From an uncultured Gudongella sp. (lineage in GTDB: Bacteria; Bacillota; Clostridia; Tissierellales; Tissierellaceae), in contig CAZRXS010000001.1 of assembly GCA_964604145.1 (NCBI GenBank), forward strand, positions 1 to 56,566: a stretch of DNA of 56,566 nucleotides, given 5' to 3'. The notes below the pieces were generated by a model. The model was given only the letters and a program-made list of their open reading frames with translations, did not search any database and was not told where the DNA came from. Below are positions 38,947-51,832 of the stretch, one piece after another. Both the position numbers and the translations under genes were made by a program. Positions within the stretch are counted from its first letter, which is position 1. Each line of letters begins with the position of its first letter.

Positions 38947-41109
38947 CTAAACAGTAACTCTATATGCATCAAATATATTGCCAATCTTTTTAATTTTTTT
39001 CATCAAGTCATCTAATTGTTCTTTGTCATTAATTTCTAAAGTCATTTTGATTAGTACCATTTTATCTTTTCCTGTTTTAGCATTTAAGGAAACTAGTCCT
39101 ATATCTGCATCGTTTATCTTTAAAGCAAGTTCTGCAAGTAATCCTGGCCTATCTAAGCCTCTTACCTCAACCTCAGTCTGATAAGATGATTTCTTTTCTA
39201 TATCCCATTCTACATCAATCAACCTTTCTTCCGTTCCTCGATCAACTAATAAATTTGGACAATCAGCTCTATGGATAGACACCCCTTTTCCTCTTGTAAT
39301 AAAACCAACTATCTCATCACCTGGAACAGGATTACAGCACTTTGAAAACCTTATTTTTATGTTATCAATGCCCTTAACCTTAATGCCATGTGTATTTTTA
39401 GGTTTAGATTTTTTTATAGTTTTCTGTATATTTTGATTAATTAATTCTTTTTCATCAGGTTTAAAGTGTTCACTATAAAGTTCTTTTAGTTTATTTAGAA
39501 CCTGGTTTATAGTAATACTTCCATGGCCAACTGAAGCATATAAATCTTCTACTGAATTTATAGAAACTTTAGTAGCTATATTCTTAAGCCAATCTTCTCT
39601 TATAATCTCTGAAGGTTTGTAACCTAATCTTTTAATTTCTTTCTCTAAGCTCTCTTTACCTCTTTGTATATTGTTATCTCTTTCTTTTAGTTTGAAAAAC
39701 TGTCTAATCTTTGTTTTTGCTTGATTGCTTTTAACTATTTTCAACCAGTCACGACTTGGACCAGTAGAATTAGCGCTAGTTATAATTTCAACAATATTCC
39801 CATTCTTTAATATATAATTGAGCGGGACTATTCTGTTATCTACTTTAGCCCCTACGCATTTATTTCCAACATCTGTATGAACCCTATATGCAAAATCTAT
39901 GGGTGTTGAGCCATCAGGTAAGTTGATTACATCTCCTCTTGGTGTAAATACAAATACTTCATCAGTAAAAAAGTCAATTTTCAAGGCTTCCATAAATTCT
40001 TTTGGGTCCTTCATATCATTTTGCCACTCCATAAGCTGCCTTAGCCAAGTTAATTTATTGTCAAAGTTTGATGTTTTAGAATAGCCCTCTTTATATTTCC
40101 AATGAGCAGCAATTCCGTATTCAGCAGTTTTATGCATGTCATAAGTTCTAATCTGGACTTCAAAGATTTCCCCTTTATTTCCCATAACCGTGGTATGAAG
40201 CGACTGATACATATTTGCTTTTGGCATAGCCACATAATCTTTAAATCTACCAGGCAGTGGTTTCCATAAGGTATGGACTATGCCCAATGCTCCATAACAG
40301 TCTTTGATATTATCTACTAATATTCTTACAGCAGTTAGATCATAAATTTGATCAAAGGCTTTTCCTTGATACATCATCTTTTTATATATACTATAAAAAT
40401 TTTTAGGTCTCCCACTTATCTCAGATTTTATTCCCATTTCATCTAGCTTTTCGTACAAAGTAGAAATTATCTCTTTTATATACGTTTCTCTTTCTAATCT
40501 TCTCTTTGAAACTTTCTCAACTAGATCGTAATAATTATCTGGATCAAGGTATCTTAACGACAAATCTTCAAGTTCCCATTTAATCTTAGATATACCAAGT
40601 CTATGAGCAATAGGAGCATAAATTTCTATTGTTTCAAGTGCTTTTTCTTTCTTTTTTTCATCAGTCATATACTCTAAGGTTCTCATATTGTGAAGTCTAT
40701 CTGCTAATTTAACAATTACAACTCTTATGTCCTTTGCCATAGCTATAACCATTTTTCTTAAATTTTCAGCTTGATTTTCTTGTTTAGTTTTATACTGTAA
40801 TTTTTTAAGTTTTGTAACACCATCAACTAAATCAGCTATTTCTTCTCCAAATTCTTCTTTTATAGTTTCATAAGTTATATTAGTATCTTCAATAACATCA
40901 TGCAAGAGCCCAGCTATTATAGTTGCTGTGTCCATATTTAAATCAGCAAGAAGAAGAGCTACTTGAAAGGGATGAACAAAATATTTTTCACCCGAGTTTC
41001 TAACTTGTGTTGCATGCGCAGACTCAGCAAAATTATATGCTTTAACTATTAATTGCATATCTGCTTGTGGATTATATTGTTCAATTCTTAATAATAAGTT
41101 TTCTAACAT
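38947..41109 (-). CDS. rel: Bifunctional (p)ppGpp synthetase/hydrolase Rel
   Basis: HD motif [32 protein letters not shown]; TGS and ACT domains. Confidence 0.97.
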   Translation of the reverse strand: MLENLLLRIEQYNPQADMQLIVKAYNFAESAHATQVRNSGEKYFVHPFQVALLLADLNMDTATIIAGLLHDVIEDTNITYETIKEEFGEEIADLVDGVTKLKKLQYKTKQENQAENLRKMVIAMAKDIRVVIVKLADRLHNMRTLEYMTDEKKKEKALETIEIYAPIAHRLGISKIKWELEDLSLRYLDPDNYYDLVEKVSKRRLERETYIKEIISTLYEKLDEMGIKSEISGRPKNFYSIYKKMMYQGKAFDQIYDLTAVRILVDNIKDCYGALGIVHTLWKPLPGRFKDYVAMPKANMYQSLHTTVMGNKGEIFEVQIRTYDMHKTAEYGIAAHWKYKEGYSKTSNFDNKLTWLRQLMEWQNDMKDPKEFMEALKIDFFTDEVFVFTPRGDVINLPDGSTPIDFAYRVHTDVGNKCVGAKVDNRIVPLNYILKNGNIVEIITSANSTGPSRDWLKIVKSNQAKTKIRQFFKLKERDNNIQRGKESLEKEIKRLGYKPSEIIREDWLKNIATKVSINSVEDLYASVGHGSITINQVLNKLKELYSEHFKPDEKELINQNIQKTIKKSKPKNTHGIKVKGIDNIKIRFSKCCNPVPGDEIVGFITRGKGVSIHRADCPNLLVDRGTEERLIDVEWDIEKKSSYQTEVEVRGLDRPGLLAELALKINDADIGLVSLNAKTGKDKMVLIKMTLEINDKEQLDDLMKKIKKIGNIFDAYRVTV

Positions 41110-41124
41110 ATTTACACCTTCTTG

Positions 41125-42891
41125 TCAGTGCTTGAGGAGTCTATAATCATTTATTATGAATTGTATCGTTTTATTACCCATATATTCGTTTATTGAAGGA
41201 AAAAACAGTATATCCATTCTAATATTGTTATCAAGTCCAGCAAATAAATTATCTTTTTCGTACTTGCCATAGAGCATTTCTATATTTAATACCCATTTTT
41301 CTATATCTCTAAATAATATGGCCTCTTTGTTTATACCATCGTCTTTATCAAATATTAGTTTTAAAACATTTTTATTTTTACCTAATATACTTGCCTTTTT
41401 TATATTAACATTTTTATCTCCAAATATCGGTCTAGGATTTCCTTTACCATAAGGTTCTAGCCTTCCAACTTCTCTAATAAAACTTTCATTTATACTCTCT
41501 ACGGGGTATGGCATATCTATATATATCTTTGGAAGCAAGTCATTATCTGTTAGGCTGCAATTTTCATTCAACTGTTTTCTTAATTCTCCTATATTTTCTT
41601 CTAAAAGACTCATTCCAGCTGCTAGAGAATGTCCCCCATAGCTTGTTAAAAGATCAGCACAATTTGTAAGTTCTTCGTACATATTATATCCTTCGATTGA
41701 TCTAGCAGAACCTTTAGCACCCTCTAAAACCCTAGTTAAAACTATAGTAGGTTTATTATACTTCTCTTTTACCCTTCCTGCAATAATTCCTGCTATACTT
41801 TCATGTAAATCAGGATAAAAGACCACTATTACCTTATCTTTTATATATTGTGACTCAATTATTTTATCAATCTTTTCTACTCCATCTAAAGTGAGTTTTT
41901 TCCTCTCTTCATTTAAAGTTTTTAAATCTTCAGCAATTTGAGTTGCCTTAATCGAATCTTCTTCTAATAATAAAGATAGACCTAATATTGCACTATCCAA
42001 TCTCCCTGATGCATTAAAGCTAGGACCTAATATAAAGCCTATATGATAAACTCCAATATCTTTATCATAAAGTCCAGTTGTATCCATTAGAGCATTTAGA
42101 CCAATATTCTTAGTTTTTTGAAGTCTCTTAAGTCCTTCTACTACTATTGTTCTGTTTTCTCCAACTAAATCCACCACATCACATATAGTTGCAAGTGCAA
42201 CAAATTCTAGTAAATCTACTTCATTAAAACTGGATTTATACTCTAGCAAAAGATTCTGAGCCAGTTTAAAAGCTACAGCTGCTCCACAAAGATTTTTAAA
42301 GGGATATTTGCAAGTTTTTTTCTTTGGATTTATAATTGCATCTGCTTCTGGTAGTAAATATTTTAATTTGCCTTTAACTCTAGTGTGGGGAATATCGTGA
42401 TGATCTGTTACAATTACGGTCATATCCATATTCTTAGCAATTTTAATAGGTTCAAATGCAGATATTCCATTATCACATGTAATAATAGTGTCAATACCTT
42501 GTGCCTTTGCATTTAAAACTATGTGCTTATTGATACCATAACCATCTAAAACTCTATCTGGTATAACATAGTCTACATCAGCACCTATGTTATTTAATAC
42601 TGTATATAAAATATAAACCGACATTATTCCATCAACATCAAAATCCCCAACAATTCTTATTTTTAATTTTCTTTCCACTCTGTTTTTAATAATATTTGTA
42701 GCAGCATTTAAATCATCTAATAAATTTGGAGAATGCATTTTAGTAATATCAGGGTTTAAAAACTCATTTATTTCGCTATTATTATATAGATCCCTATTAA
42801 TTAACAGCTTAGCTAATACTTTGGAAATACTATTCTCTGTTGCAATTTTGTTGATATTTTCTTTTCTATTTTTAATAAACCAGTTAGTCAA
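41125..42891 (-). CDS. recJ: Single-stranded DNA exonuclease RecJ
   Basis: GDFDVDG, TCDNGI, TDHH, NASGRL, GSARS and GGH motifs. Confidence 0.95.
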   Translation of the reverse strand: MTNWFIKNRKENINKIATENSISKVLAKLLINRDLYNNSEINEFLNPDITKMHSPNLLDDLNAATNIIKNRVERKLKIRIVGDFDVDGIMSVYILYTVLNNIGADVDYVIPDRVLDGYGINKHIVLNAKAQGIDTIITCDNGISAFEPIKIAKNMDMTVIVTDHHDIPHTRVKGKLKYLLPEADAIINPKKKTCKYPFKNLCGAAVAFKLAQNLLLEYKSSFNEVDLLEFVALATICDVVDLVGENRTIVVEGLKRLQKTKNIGLNALMDTTGLYDKDIGVYHIGFILGPSFNASGRLDSAILGLSLLLEEDSIKATQIAEDLKTLNEERKKLTLDGVEKIDKIIESQYIKDKVIVVFYPDLHESIAGIIAGRVKEKYNKPTIVLTRVLEGAKGSARSIEGYNMYEELTNCADLLTSYGGHSLAAGMSLLEENIGELRKQLNENCSLTDNDLLPKIYIDMPYPVESINESFIREVGRLEPYGKGNPRPIFGDKNVNIKKASILGKNKNVLKLIFDKDDGINKEAILFRDIEKWVLNIEMLYGKYEKDNLFAGLDNNIRMDILFFPSINEYMGNKTIQFIINDYRLLKH

Positions 42892-42965
42892 ATAATCACT
42901 CCATTTATAAAGGATATAAAAAAGGTAAAACCTAGATATTATCTAAATTCTACCATTTTATAAGC

Positions 42966-43328
42966 TTAATTGCTAGAAAAACTATCTTTTTCAGATTCAT
43001 CTTTACCCTTGCTTGAATTTCTTGAATAAAGTAAGCTTAACTGAGTTTCTTTATCTGCAAGTTTTAATTCTAATTCTTCAAGCTTATTCTGAAGAGCTGC
43101 ATTTCTAGTCTTTAATTCTTTAATATCTTTTTTTAGAGACACTTGTCTAATAAATCCAAATAAACTAGCCACTAAAGCGCCTAATAAAACACAAATAAAA
43201 ATGACTATTGCTTGAGATAGCATTATTTCCGTAAATATAAAGTCAATCGCTACTACTTCACTATTACTTAGCGCAAATATTCCTATTATGACAGCTAGTA
43301 TAAGTATAATTACAAAACCCTTTTGCAT
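42966..43328 (-). CDS. LapA-family small membrane protein
   Basis: Two TM helices followed by a coiled coil; typical position upstream of recJ. Confidence 0.75.
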   Translation of the reverse strand: MQKGFVIILILAVIIGIFALSNSEVVAIDFIFTEIMLSQAIVIFICVLLGALVASLFGFIRQVSLKKDIKELKTRNAALQNKLEELELKLADKETQLSLLYSRNSSKGKDESEKDSFSSN

Positions 43329-43348
43329 TATATTCCCCCCAAGCTCTT

Positions 43349-44206
43349 TTAATTAGTTTTACCCCTTTTAAGGCCAAACCACACAGGAGTAGCAATAAAT
43401 AACGAAGAATAAGTTCCAGCAATCATGCCTAAAAGAAGTGGTAAAGCTAAAACTTTAACATCTTCTACACCTAATAAATATAGTGAAGATACAGCAATTA
43501 CAGTAGTAAGACTTGTATTAATGGTCCTTCTTAAGCTTAGTGCAACACTACCATCAATAATATTTTCTAGAGTTGCCCTTTGATTTAATTTTAGTTCTTC
43601 TCTTATTCTATCAAAAATTACTATAGTATCGTTTATTGAATATCCCACAATAGTAAGTATTGCCGCAATGAAAGAACTGTTAACAGGCAACTGAAGTATT
43701 GAATATATCGCAAGTGTAACCAACACGTCATGAATCAGTGCGACTATTGCAGCTAGACCAAATTTAAACTGGAATCTAAATGATATATATGCAAGCATTA
43801 ATCCTGCTGCAATTAAAATAGACAAAATAGCTCTAGCTTGAATTTCCTGTCCCATAAGCGGCCCAAATTTTTGTGTTTGAAAATTATTATCATCCATATT
43901 ATGTTTTAAAACAAAACTTTCTACGATACTTGAAATATCATCATTTGATAAATCTAATGTGCTTTTTATTATTAATTCATTTTTATTAGATCCTGCATGG
44001 ATTATGCTCGCATCGTTGTCAAATGGATCTATAATTTTTCTTGCCTCTTCTACTTCGACAAACTCTCCAATATTTAATTGTATTAGTGTTCCTCCTGTAA
44101 AGTCAATTCCATAGTTTAATCCTTTTACAAAAAACATCAATAGACCAAGAACAATAATTACAATCGATAGGAGGTAAGTGTATTTTTTATTTTTTATTAC
44201 TTTCAT
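43349..44206 (-). CDS. secF: Protein translocase subunit SecF
   Basis: GIDFTGG, ALIHD, GYSINDTIVIFDRIRE and RTINTS motifs. Confidence 0.96.
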   Translation of the reverse strand: MKVIKNKKYTYLLSIVIIVLGLLMFFVKGLNYGIDFTGGTLIQLNIGEFVEVEEARKIIDPFDNDASIIHAGSNKNELIIKSTLDLSNDDISSIVESFVLKHNMDDNNFQTQKFGPLMGQEIQARAILSILIAAGLMLAYISFRFQFKFGLAAIVALIHDVLVTLAIYSILQLPVNSSFIAAILTIVGYSINDTIVIFDRIREELKLNQRATLENIIDGSVALSLRRTINTSLTTVIAVSSLYLLGVEDVKVLALPLLLGMIAGTYSSLFIATPVWFGLKRGKTN

Positions 44207-44220
44207 AGTTAGTCCTCCTC

Positions 44221-45486
44221 CTAAGCACCATATAGTTTAGTATTTTTGCCACCTGTCAAGTTAGCCATTAAAACTAATACATATTTTGTAAAGAAAACAG
44301 CGGTCAATACTGAAGCTAGAATACCAATTATTAAAGTTACTCCAAATCCTTTTATGGGCCCAATTCCAAAGTTATATAATACTACACCTGCAATTAAAGT
44401 GGTTATATTCGCGTCCATAATTGATGTTAGTGCTCTTTTAAAGCCTCTGTCAATTGATACTCTTAAGGTTTTACCAGCCTTTAGTTCTTCTCTTATTCTT
44501 TCGTATATAAGCACATTTGCATCAACTGCCATGCCTATGGAAAGAACTAATCCTGCTATACCTGGCAAAGTCAATTTTACATTTATCCCAATCATTACAC
44601 TAACTACTAATAAAACATACACAGCAAGTGCCATAGAAGCAACAATTCCTGGTATTTTATAAACCAGTATCATAAATAAAAATATTAATCCAAGTGCAAC
44701 AGCTCCTGCTAAAATACTTCTATCATAAGCTTCTAATCCTAAGGTAGGACCTATTACTGAGGTTTGTAACTCAATCATCTCTACAGGCAATGCTCCTGCT
44801 CTTATTAGCGTAGTTAAGTTGTTTGCTTCTTCTAACTGAAATTTGCCAGAGATTACTGGTCTTCCATCAGCGATAGGCTCTCTAACAACAGGGCTTGAGA
44901 TTACTTCACCATCTAAAACAATATACATTATTCTATCTACTGGTTCTGTTCTTTGTGATAATTCAGTAGTAGCATTAAAAAAAGATGTAGCTCCTTCATC
45001 ATTTAAAACCAAAGAAACAACAGGCTCTTCTATTCCAATCTCGTTTTTTTGGAAAATCACCTTAGTATCAACAACATTCTTTCCCGTTATAACTACCTCT
45101 CCTTCAGGAGTTACAAATTGTAGTAACGCTGTTTTACCAATTAATTCGATTGCCTCTTGAGGATCACTCAAACCAGCTAACTCTATCCTAATTCTCTTAT
45201 CACCTTCTATTGCAATATTAGGTTCTGAAACTCCTAACCCATCGACTCTTTTAGAAATTATTGCTTTTGTTTCTTCCATCATTTGTTTTAATTCGCTACC
45301 ACTAGCATTTGTGTTTGCTTCTAATACTACATAAACACCACCTGCTAAATCAAGACCTAATTGGACAGAATCTTTGGCATTTTGGTATTTGGTTCCGCCA
45401 ATTTCTATTCCATTAACACCAAAATAGCTAACTCCAAGTAAAACTGCCACTATTAAGAGCAATATTATTATACTTTTACTCTTCAT
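44221..45486 (-). CDS. secD: Protein translocase subunit SecD
   Basis: LGLDLAGG, RVDGLGVSEP, AGALP and GMAVDANVLIYERIREE motifs. Confidence 0.96.
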   Translation of the reverse strand: MKSKSIIILLLIVAVLLGVSYFGVNGIEIGGTKYQNAKDSVQLGLDLAGGVYVVLEANTNASGSELKQMMEETKAIISKRVDGLGVSEPNIAIEGDKRIRIELAGLSDPQEAIELIGKTALLQFVTPEGEVVITGKNVVDTKVIFQKNEIGIEEPVVSLVLNDEGATSFFNATTELSQRTEPVDRIMYIVLDGEVISSPVVREPIADGRPVISGKFQLEEANNLTTLIRAGALPVEMIELQTSVIGPTLGLEAYDRSILAGAVALGLIFLFMILVYKIPGIVASMALAVYVLLVVSVMIGINVKLTLPGIAGLVLSIGMAVDANVLIYERIREELKAGKTLRVSIDRGFKRALTSIMDANITTLIAGVVLYNFGIGPIKGFGVTLIIGILASVLTAVFFTKYVLVLMANLTGGKNTKLYGA

Positions 45487-45697
45487 CTTCTACCTCCTTG
45501 TATAATGCGTTTTGAAGCACCTTTTAAGCGCCTTAAGCATAAATTTTTTATTAAATTTAATCCATAATATATCTTAGCTAAATTGTCTCAAATAAAAAGC
45601 AGTGGATAAACCACTACCCTATTGTTGAAAAATTTATAATGTAGATATTATAACATATACAAGTAAAATAACAAACAAAATTTAAATAGTGCAAGTA

Positions 45698-45723
45698 AGA
45701 AAACTCCATTTTAGGAGTTTTCT
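45698..45723 (-). terminator. Probable terminator after yajC
   Basis: AGAAAACTCC-ATTTTA-GGAGTTTTCT inverted repeat. Confidence 0.65.
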
Positions 45724-45730
45724 ATTAACT

Positions 45731-46009
45731 CTAGATGTTTTTAGCTCCGCCTTGAACAATGGAGCCTACAGACCATCTAGTAAGTTCCAATTTTGTTTTA
45801 GCACTACCACTTTCAATAGTTAATACATCATCCTTGACAACTATTATCTTCCCGTAAATGCCACCAATTGTTACTACTTCATCTCCTACTTTTAAGCTGC
45901 CTCTCATTTCTTTAATTTCTTTTTCCTTTTTTCTTTGAGGCCTTATAGCGAAAAAGTAAAAAATCGCTAATAAACCTATGGGAAGAATAAACGCTTGTAA
46001 ATTCTCCAT
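45731..46009 (-). CDS. yajC: Preprotein translocase subunit YajC
   Basis: FYFFAIRPQRK and LKVGDEVVTIGGIYG motifs. Confidence 0.96.
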   Translation of the reverse strand: MENLQAFILPIGLLAIFYFFAIRPQRKKEKEIKEMRGSLKVGDEVVTIGGIYGKIIVVKDDVLTIESGSAKTKLELTRWSVGSIVQGGAKNI

Positions 46010-46066
46010 TAAACAATCACTCCTTTTCTATTGTATATTATACAACATTTTTAAAAAAAAACACCC

Positions 46067-47197
<1,131 letters not shown>

Positions 47198-47202
47198 CTA
47201 TT

Positions 47203-48228
47203 TCACTTTATAAACATAGAATCTCCAAAGCTAAAAAATCTATAATTTCTATCAATTGCTTCATTATATGCTCGTATAATAAATTCTTTTGATGATAGTG
47301 CACTGACTAACATCAGTAAAGTTGATTCAGGTAAATGAAAATTAGTAATTAATGCATCTACAATTTTAAATTTATAACCTGGATAAATAAAGATATCAGT
47401 CCATCCTGAACTATCTTTTACTAATCCATCCTCATCTGCAATTGTTTCTAGTGTCCTTGTGGTAGTTGTTCCCACGCAAATAATTCTGCCACCTTGTTTT
47501 TTTACTTTATTAATTTTATCAGCAGATTCTTTACTTAAACTATAAAATTCTGAGTGCATAGTATGATTTTCCACATTATCGACTTTAACTGGCCTAAATG
47601 TTCCCAAACCGACATGTAATGTAAGATCTATGATTTTGACACCCTTTTCTTCAATTTTTTTTAAGAGCTCTTTATCAAAATGAAGCCCTGCAGTTGGAGC
47701 GGCGGCAGATCCCATAACTCTTGAATAGACAGTTTGATATCTCTCTTTATCTTCAAGTTTTTCAGTTATATAAGGGGGTAAGGGCATTTCTCCAAGTTTA
47801 TCCAATATCTCCATAAATATACCATCGTACTTAAACTCTATAAATCGTGTTCCATCTTCACTTATTTTTCTTACTTTAGCATTTAATAACCCACTACCAA
47901 ATTCTATCCTTGCGCCTTCTTTCATTTTTTTACCAGGTCTTACTAGGCACTCCCAGTTGTCTCCTTTTACTTGTTTTAATAAAAGCACCTCTATCTTTTC
48001 TTCTTTATTTATTCTATTCCCAAATAATCTCGCTGGGATAACTCTTGAATCATTTATTATTATTGCATCATTTGGATCTAGTTCTTCAACAATTTCAGAA
48101 AAATTTTTGTGAATTATAGTGTTTTTTTGCCTATCTAAAACTAAAAGTTTTGAACTTGTCCTGTTCTCTATTGGTTTTTGTGCAATTAATTTTTTGGGTA
48201 ATTCATATTTAAAATCCTCTGTTCGCAT
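47203..48228 (-). CDS. queA: S-adenosylmethionine:tRNA ribosyltransferase-isomerase
   Basis: [32 protein letters not shown] and YRFFSFGD motifs. Confidence 0.97.
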   Translation of the reverse strand: MRTEDFKYELPKKLIAQKPIENRTSSKLLVLDRQKNTIIHKNFSEIVEELDPNDAIIINDSRVIPARLFGNRINKEEKIEVLLLKQVKGDNWECLVRPGKKMKEGARIEFGSGLLNAKVRKISEDGTRFIEFKYDGIFMEILDKLGEMPLPPYITEKLEDKERYQTVYSRVMGSAAAPTAGLHFDKELLKKIEEKGVKIIDLTLHVGLGTFRPVKVDNVENHTMHSEFYSLSKESADKINKVKKQGGRIICVGTTTTRTLETIADEDGLVKDSSGWTDIFIYPGYKFKIVDALITNFHLPESTLLMLVSALSSKEFIIRAYNEAIDRNYRFFSFGDSMFIK

Positions 48229-48242
48229 TTTCTACTTCCTTA

Positions 48243-49583
48243 TCAATTTGTTTTTGTTATATCAACATCTGAATAATAAAACTTTAAAATATCAATATAA
48301 TTGTGTCCTTGCTTAGCCATTTCTATAGCACCATATTGGCTCATTCCAACACCATGTCCATATCCTCTTCCAGATATTGTTATATTATTAAAATTAGCTG
48401 AACTGGTCTCTACTTTTCTAATTTCCTTATCTTTACCAATAATATTATAACTAGTATTGTTTTTAAATAATGCTTTTTTGTTACTAAGTATTTGAATATC
48501 ATTTATAGGATAGACATTGTTTCTATCTTTAACATAGATAACATTGTTATATGTGGGATTTAAATCTTCTATCTTAAATAAGGTACTCTTTATATTATTT
48601 GTCCCCATTAAACTCCTAAACTTATCCCCTGTTATAACAATTCTTTCATTATTTTTATTAATACACAGTTCTTTTACCCTGCCAGATATATGGGTGTCTA
48701 GAATCCTTATATCATTTATTTCCCTAATTTTATAGCCATTTTGATTTAAGGAAGCACAAAGTGCATCCTTGCTAATTTCTATACTCCAGGAACTATTTTT
48801 TGAATTTAAAGAATAAGGGTCTTCTTTTTCTCTAAGATAATAGAGTTTATTCCCCCAAATATTCTCGCTGCTATCTAAAAATCCACCGGAAGAAGAATGG
48901 AAAACCGTATTGGCAATTGAACCATCATATTTAACAACCATAGCTCTTGTTTGTTCAATAGCTTCATTAGTATAAGCATTCTCATCAGAAAACCCACCAT
49001 AAACTTGACAATGCGTAGTATCACATAAATTATAACCCTCTCTAGAATGTTTAGACAAGGAAGAATATGCATAGCTTCTAGCAGCTACTGCTTGCGCCTT
49101 TAATGCTTCACTTGGACTTGAAGATGGTATCTCTCTTGGCACTACTCCCTTAAGATACTGTTCAATATCTATATAGTTTATAGTTTTTAAACCCATATTG
49201 TCATCTATAAAAGTAATAAATCCTCTGTATTCTCTTTCTGCAACTTTAATATTAGATTCATAAGCTAATTTTGGACCAATTAATACACTTCCATTAGAAG
49301 GAATGGATGTTATATATTGATTTTCTGAATCATATATATCTATCTTGTTATTTACTCCAAATGTTTTCCCTATATATATCTTATATCCCTCAAATACAAT
49401 AAGTTCAGCTTCTAAGTCATCTTTTTGAAATAGGGCCAAATTAGTATCGCATGAGATGTCTAGTTTTTCAAATATTTCATAGGTTTTGCCTATTTTAACA
49501 TTAATAAAAATAGGATCTGATACAGCTAAGACTTTATTTGGAATAATCAATATCAAGAATAAAAATAGCATAAATTTCTTCAT
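48243..49583 (-). CDS. SpoIID/LytB domain protein (secreted)
   Basis: Signal peptide; EQYLKGVVPREI, EALKAQAVAARSYA, CDTTHCQVY and GYGHGVGMSQYGA motifs. Confidence 0.92.
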   Translation of the reverse strand: MKKFMLFLFLILIIPNKVLAVSDPIFINVKIGKTYEIFEKLDISCDTNLALFQKDDLEAELIVFEGYKIYIGKTFGVNNKIDIYDSENQYITSIPSNGSVLIGPKLAYESNIKVAEREYRGFITFIDDNMGLKTINYIDIEQYLKGVVPREIPSSSPSEALKAQAVAARSYAYSSLSKHSREGYNLCDTTHCQVYGGFSDENAYTNEAIEQTRAMVVKYDGSIANTVFHSSSGGFLDSSENIWGNKLYYLREKEDPYSLNSKNSSWSIEISKDALCASLNQNGYKIREINDIRILDTHISGRVKELCINKNNERIVITGDKFRSLMGTNNIKSTLFKIEDLNPTYNNVIYVKDRNNVYPINDIQILSNKKALFKNNTSYNIIGKDKEIRKVETSSANFNNITISGRGYGHGVGMSQYGAIEMAKQGHNYIDILKFYYSDVDITKTN

Positions 49584-49595
49584 GTTATAAGTCCC

Positions 49596-50615
49596 TCACT
49601 TTCTATCCTTATTAGTATAGGGTATATTAAAATGTTTATATGCTTTTTCATTAACCATTCTGCCCCTAGGTGTTCTGTTTAAAAACCCCATTTGAAGTAA
49701 AAAAGGTTCATATACATCTTCTATTGTAGTTCTTTCTTCTCCTGTTGCTGCAGCTATTGTATCGACGCCTACCGGCCCACCTCTGAAATTTTCAATCATA
49801 GTTAAGATAAGTTTTCTATCTGTTGCATCTAAGCCTAGCTCGTCTACTTCCAATATTTTTAGGCCCTTTTTTGCAATATTCTCAGTAATTATACCATCTT
49901 CAATAACTTGGGCATAATCTCTTACTCTCTTTAGGAGTCTATTTGCAATTCTAGGAGTGCCTCTAGATCGTTTTGCTATTTCATAAGCTCCCATTGATTC
50001 AATCTCTACGTTTAATATCCTTGCAGATCTTGTAACTATTTTAGTTAAACTGTCTATATCATATAAATCTAAGTTTAACATAACTCCAAATCTATCCCTT
50101 AGTGGGGATGTCAATAATCCAGCTCTTGTTGTTGCACCTATTAGAGTAAATCTTGATAAATCAAGCCTTACCGATCTAGCAGAAGGACCTTTCCCAATAA
50201 TTATATCTAGTGCAAAATCCTCCATAGCAGGATAGAGTACTTCTTCTACAGTTCGATTTATTCGATGTATTTCATCGATAAAAAGAACATCATCGTCAGA
50301 TAAATTAGTCAATATACTCGCTAAATCTCCAGCCCTTTCTATTGCTGGTCCTGAAGTTACTCTTATATTAACTCCCAACTCGTTTGCAATAATATTTGCT
50401 AGGGTAGTTTTCCCAAGTCCTGGAGGCCCAAATAAAAGCACATGATCTAATGATTCACTTCGCCCCTTAGCAGCTTGAATAAATATTTTAAGTTTTTCTT
50501 TTACCTTTTCTTGACCAATGTATTCAGTAAGCCATTTTGGGCGAAGTGTGGCTTCGTTTTCGAATTCATCATTGTTTAATTGTCTTGCTACAATTCTATC
50601 TTTAAAATCTTCCAT
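49596..50615 (-). CDS. ruvB: Holliday junction branch migration helicase RuvB
   Basis: [18 protein letters not shown] and [11 protein letters not shown] motifs. Confidence 0.98.
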   Translation of the reverse strand: MEDFKDRIVARQLNNDEFENEATLRPKWLTEYIGQEKVKEKLKIFIQAAKGRSESLDHVLLFGPPGLGKTTLANIIANELGVNIRVTSGPAIERAGDLASILTNLSDDDVLFIDEIHRINRTVEEVLYPAMEDFALDIIIGKGPSARSVRLDLSRFTLIGATTRAGLLTSPLRDRFGVMLNLDLYDIDSLTKIVTRSARILNVEIESMGAYEIAKRSRGTPRIANRLLKRVRDYAQVIEDGIITENIAKKGLKILEVDELGLDATDRKLILTMIENFRGGPVGVDTIAAATGEERTTIEDVYEPFLLQMGFLNRTPRGRMVNEKAYKHFNIPYTNKDRK

Positions 50616-50627
50616 TAGCTTTCCCCT

Positions 50628-51212
50628 TTATTTTGAGAGTTTTACTAGGCCTAATTTTATTATTTGCTCTACACTTGAATCTTCCAAATTGCTCCCTATA
50701 AACGCTCTTTCAACTTCGTACCTGCCATATCCCAAAGATATTAAAGCTAATAAAGCTTCTTCATAATCATTTGATAGTCCTTCTGTCTTATTATTGTGTA
50801 TGTTAAACACGCCTTCAACTTTATCTTTAAGTTCTAATATCATTCGCTCAGCAGTTTTTTTACCTACACCTGGACTTTTACACAAGGTTAAGATATCCTT
50901 TATAGCTATAGCTTCAGAAATTTGAAATGGTCTTAGGGCAGATAATATGCCACAAGCTACTTTTGGTCCTATTTTAGACACATTTAATAAGAGTTTAAAC
51001 ATATTAACTTCATCTTCATTATCAAAGCCATATAAAAACAAACCATCTTCCCTTACAATTAAATTTGTATATATGTAACTTTTATTATCTTCTTTGGATA
51101 AGCTAGATAAAGTAAAAGTAGAAGTATTAATCTTATAACCTATCCCGTTATTTTCTAAATAAAAAAAATCATTCCCTAAATATGTAACCTTTCCAATTAT
51201 ATAATCAATCAT
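50628..51212 (-). CDS. ruvA: Holliday junction DNA-binding protein RuvA
   Basis: VRED..LYGF, IGPK and PGVGKKTAERMILELKDK motifs; start ATG 51212. Confidence 0.96.
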   Translation of the reverse strand: MIDYIIGKVTYLGNDFFYLENNGIGYKINTSTFTLSSLSKEDNKSYIYTNLIVREDGLFLYGFDNEDEVNMFKLLLNVSKIGPKVACGILSALRPFQISEAIAIKDILTLCKSPGVGKKTAERMILELKDKVEGVFNIHNNKTEGLSNDYEEALLALISLGYGRYEVERAFIGSNLEDSSVEQIIKLGLVKLSK

Positions 51213-51222
51213 ATATCTCACC

Positions 51223-51717
51223 TTATCTCATTTTAAATAAATTTTTAAATTTTAAAGAACTTCCGTGGCAAATTGCAACTGCTAAAGCATCTGCTGCATC
51301 ATCTGGTTTTGGTATTTCTTTTAAATTAAGTAAAAGCTTTACCATTTCTTGGACTTGGTGTTTTTCAGCTCTCCCGTAACCAACCACAGCTTGTTTAATT
51401 TGGAGTGGAGTATATTCATATACTCCAAGCTCTAGCATTTGAGCTGTAAGCACTTGAACACCTCTCGCATGACCAACCATAATTGCGGTCTTTGTATTCT
51501 TATTGAAGAAGAGTTCCTCAATAGCCAAATCTTTGGGTTTATAATATTTAATAATTTCTACCATTTGATTATGTATAATTTCTAACCTTTTGGGAAAGTC
51601 TGTATCTGATGCTGTTTGTATAATACCATAATCTAAAAAGTTAAACTTATTAGCTTTACAATCTATAAGTCCATAACCTACTTTTGCTATTCCAGGATCA
51701 ATTCCCAATATTATCAT
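51223..51717 (-). CDS. ruvC: Crossover junction endodeoxyribonuclease RuvC
   Basis: [22 protein letters not shown] and PDDAADALA motifs. Confidence 0.97.
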   Translation of the reverse strand: MIILGIDPGIAKVGYGLIDCKANKFNFLDYGIIQTASDTDFPKRLEIIHNQMVEIIKYYKPKDLAIEELFFNKNTKTAIMVGHARGVQVLTAQMLELGVYEYTPLQIKQAVVGYGRAEKHQVQEMVKLLLNLKEIPKPDDAADALAVAICHGSSLKFKNLFKMR

Positions 51718-51782
51718 CTAATACCTCATTTCCACTACATTCTAAATTATATTGTACCACATTTTAAAACTAATACTATTAT

Positions 51783-51820
51783 AAAAATAAAACCCCCTGT
51801 TCTTATTAGCAGAGGGATTA
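51783..51820 (-). terminator. Probable terminator after the 247-aa hypothetical gene
   Basis: Minus strand ATCCCTCTGCT...AACAGGGGGTTT-TATTTTT imperfect hairpin with T tail. Confidence 0.5.
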
Positions 51821-51832
51821 TAAATTATATAA

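Noticed and set aside
48243-49583. SpoIID-domain gene as evidence of sporulation
   Set aside because: This is the ruvB-queA-linked SpoIID/LytB paralogue, not the engulfment-locus spoIID
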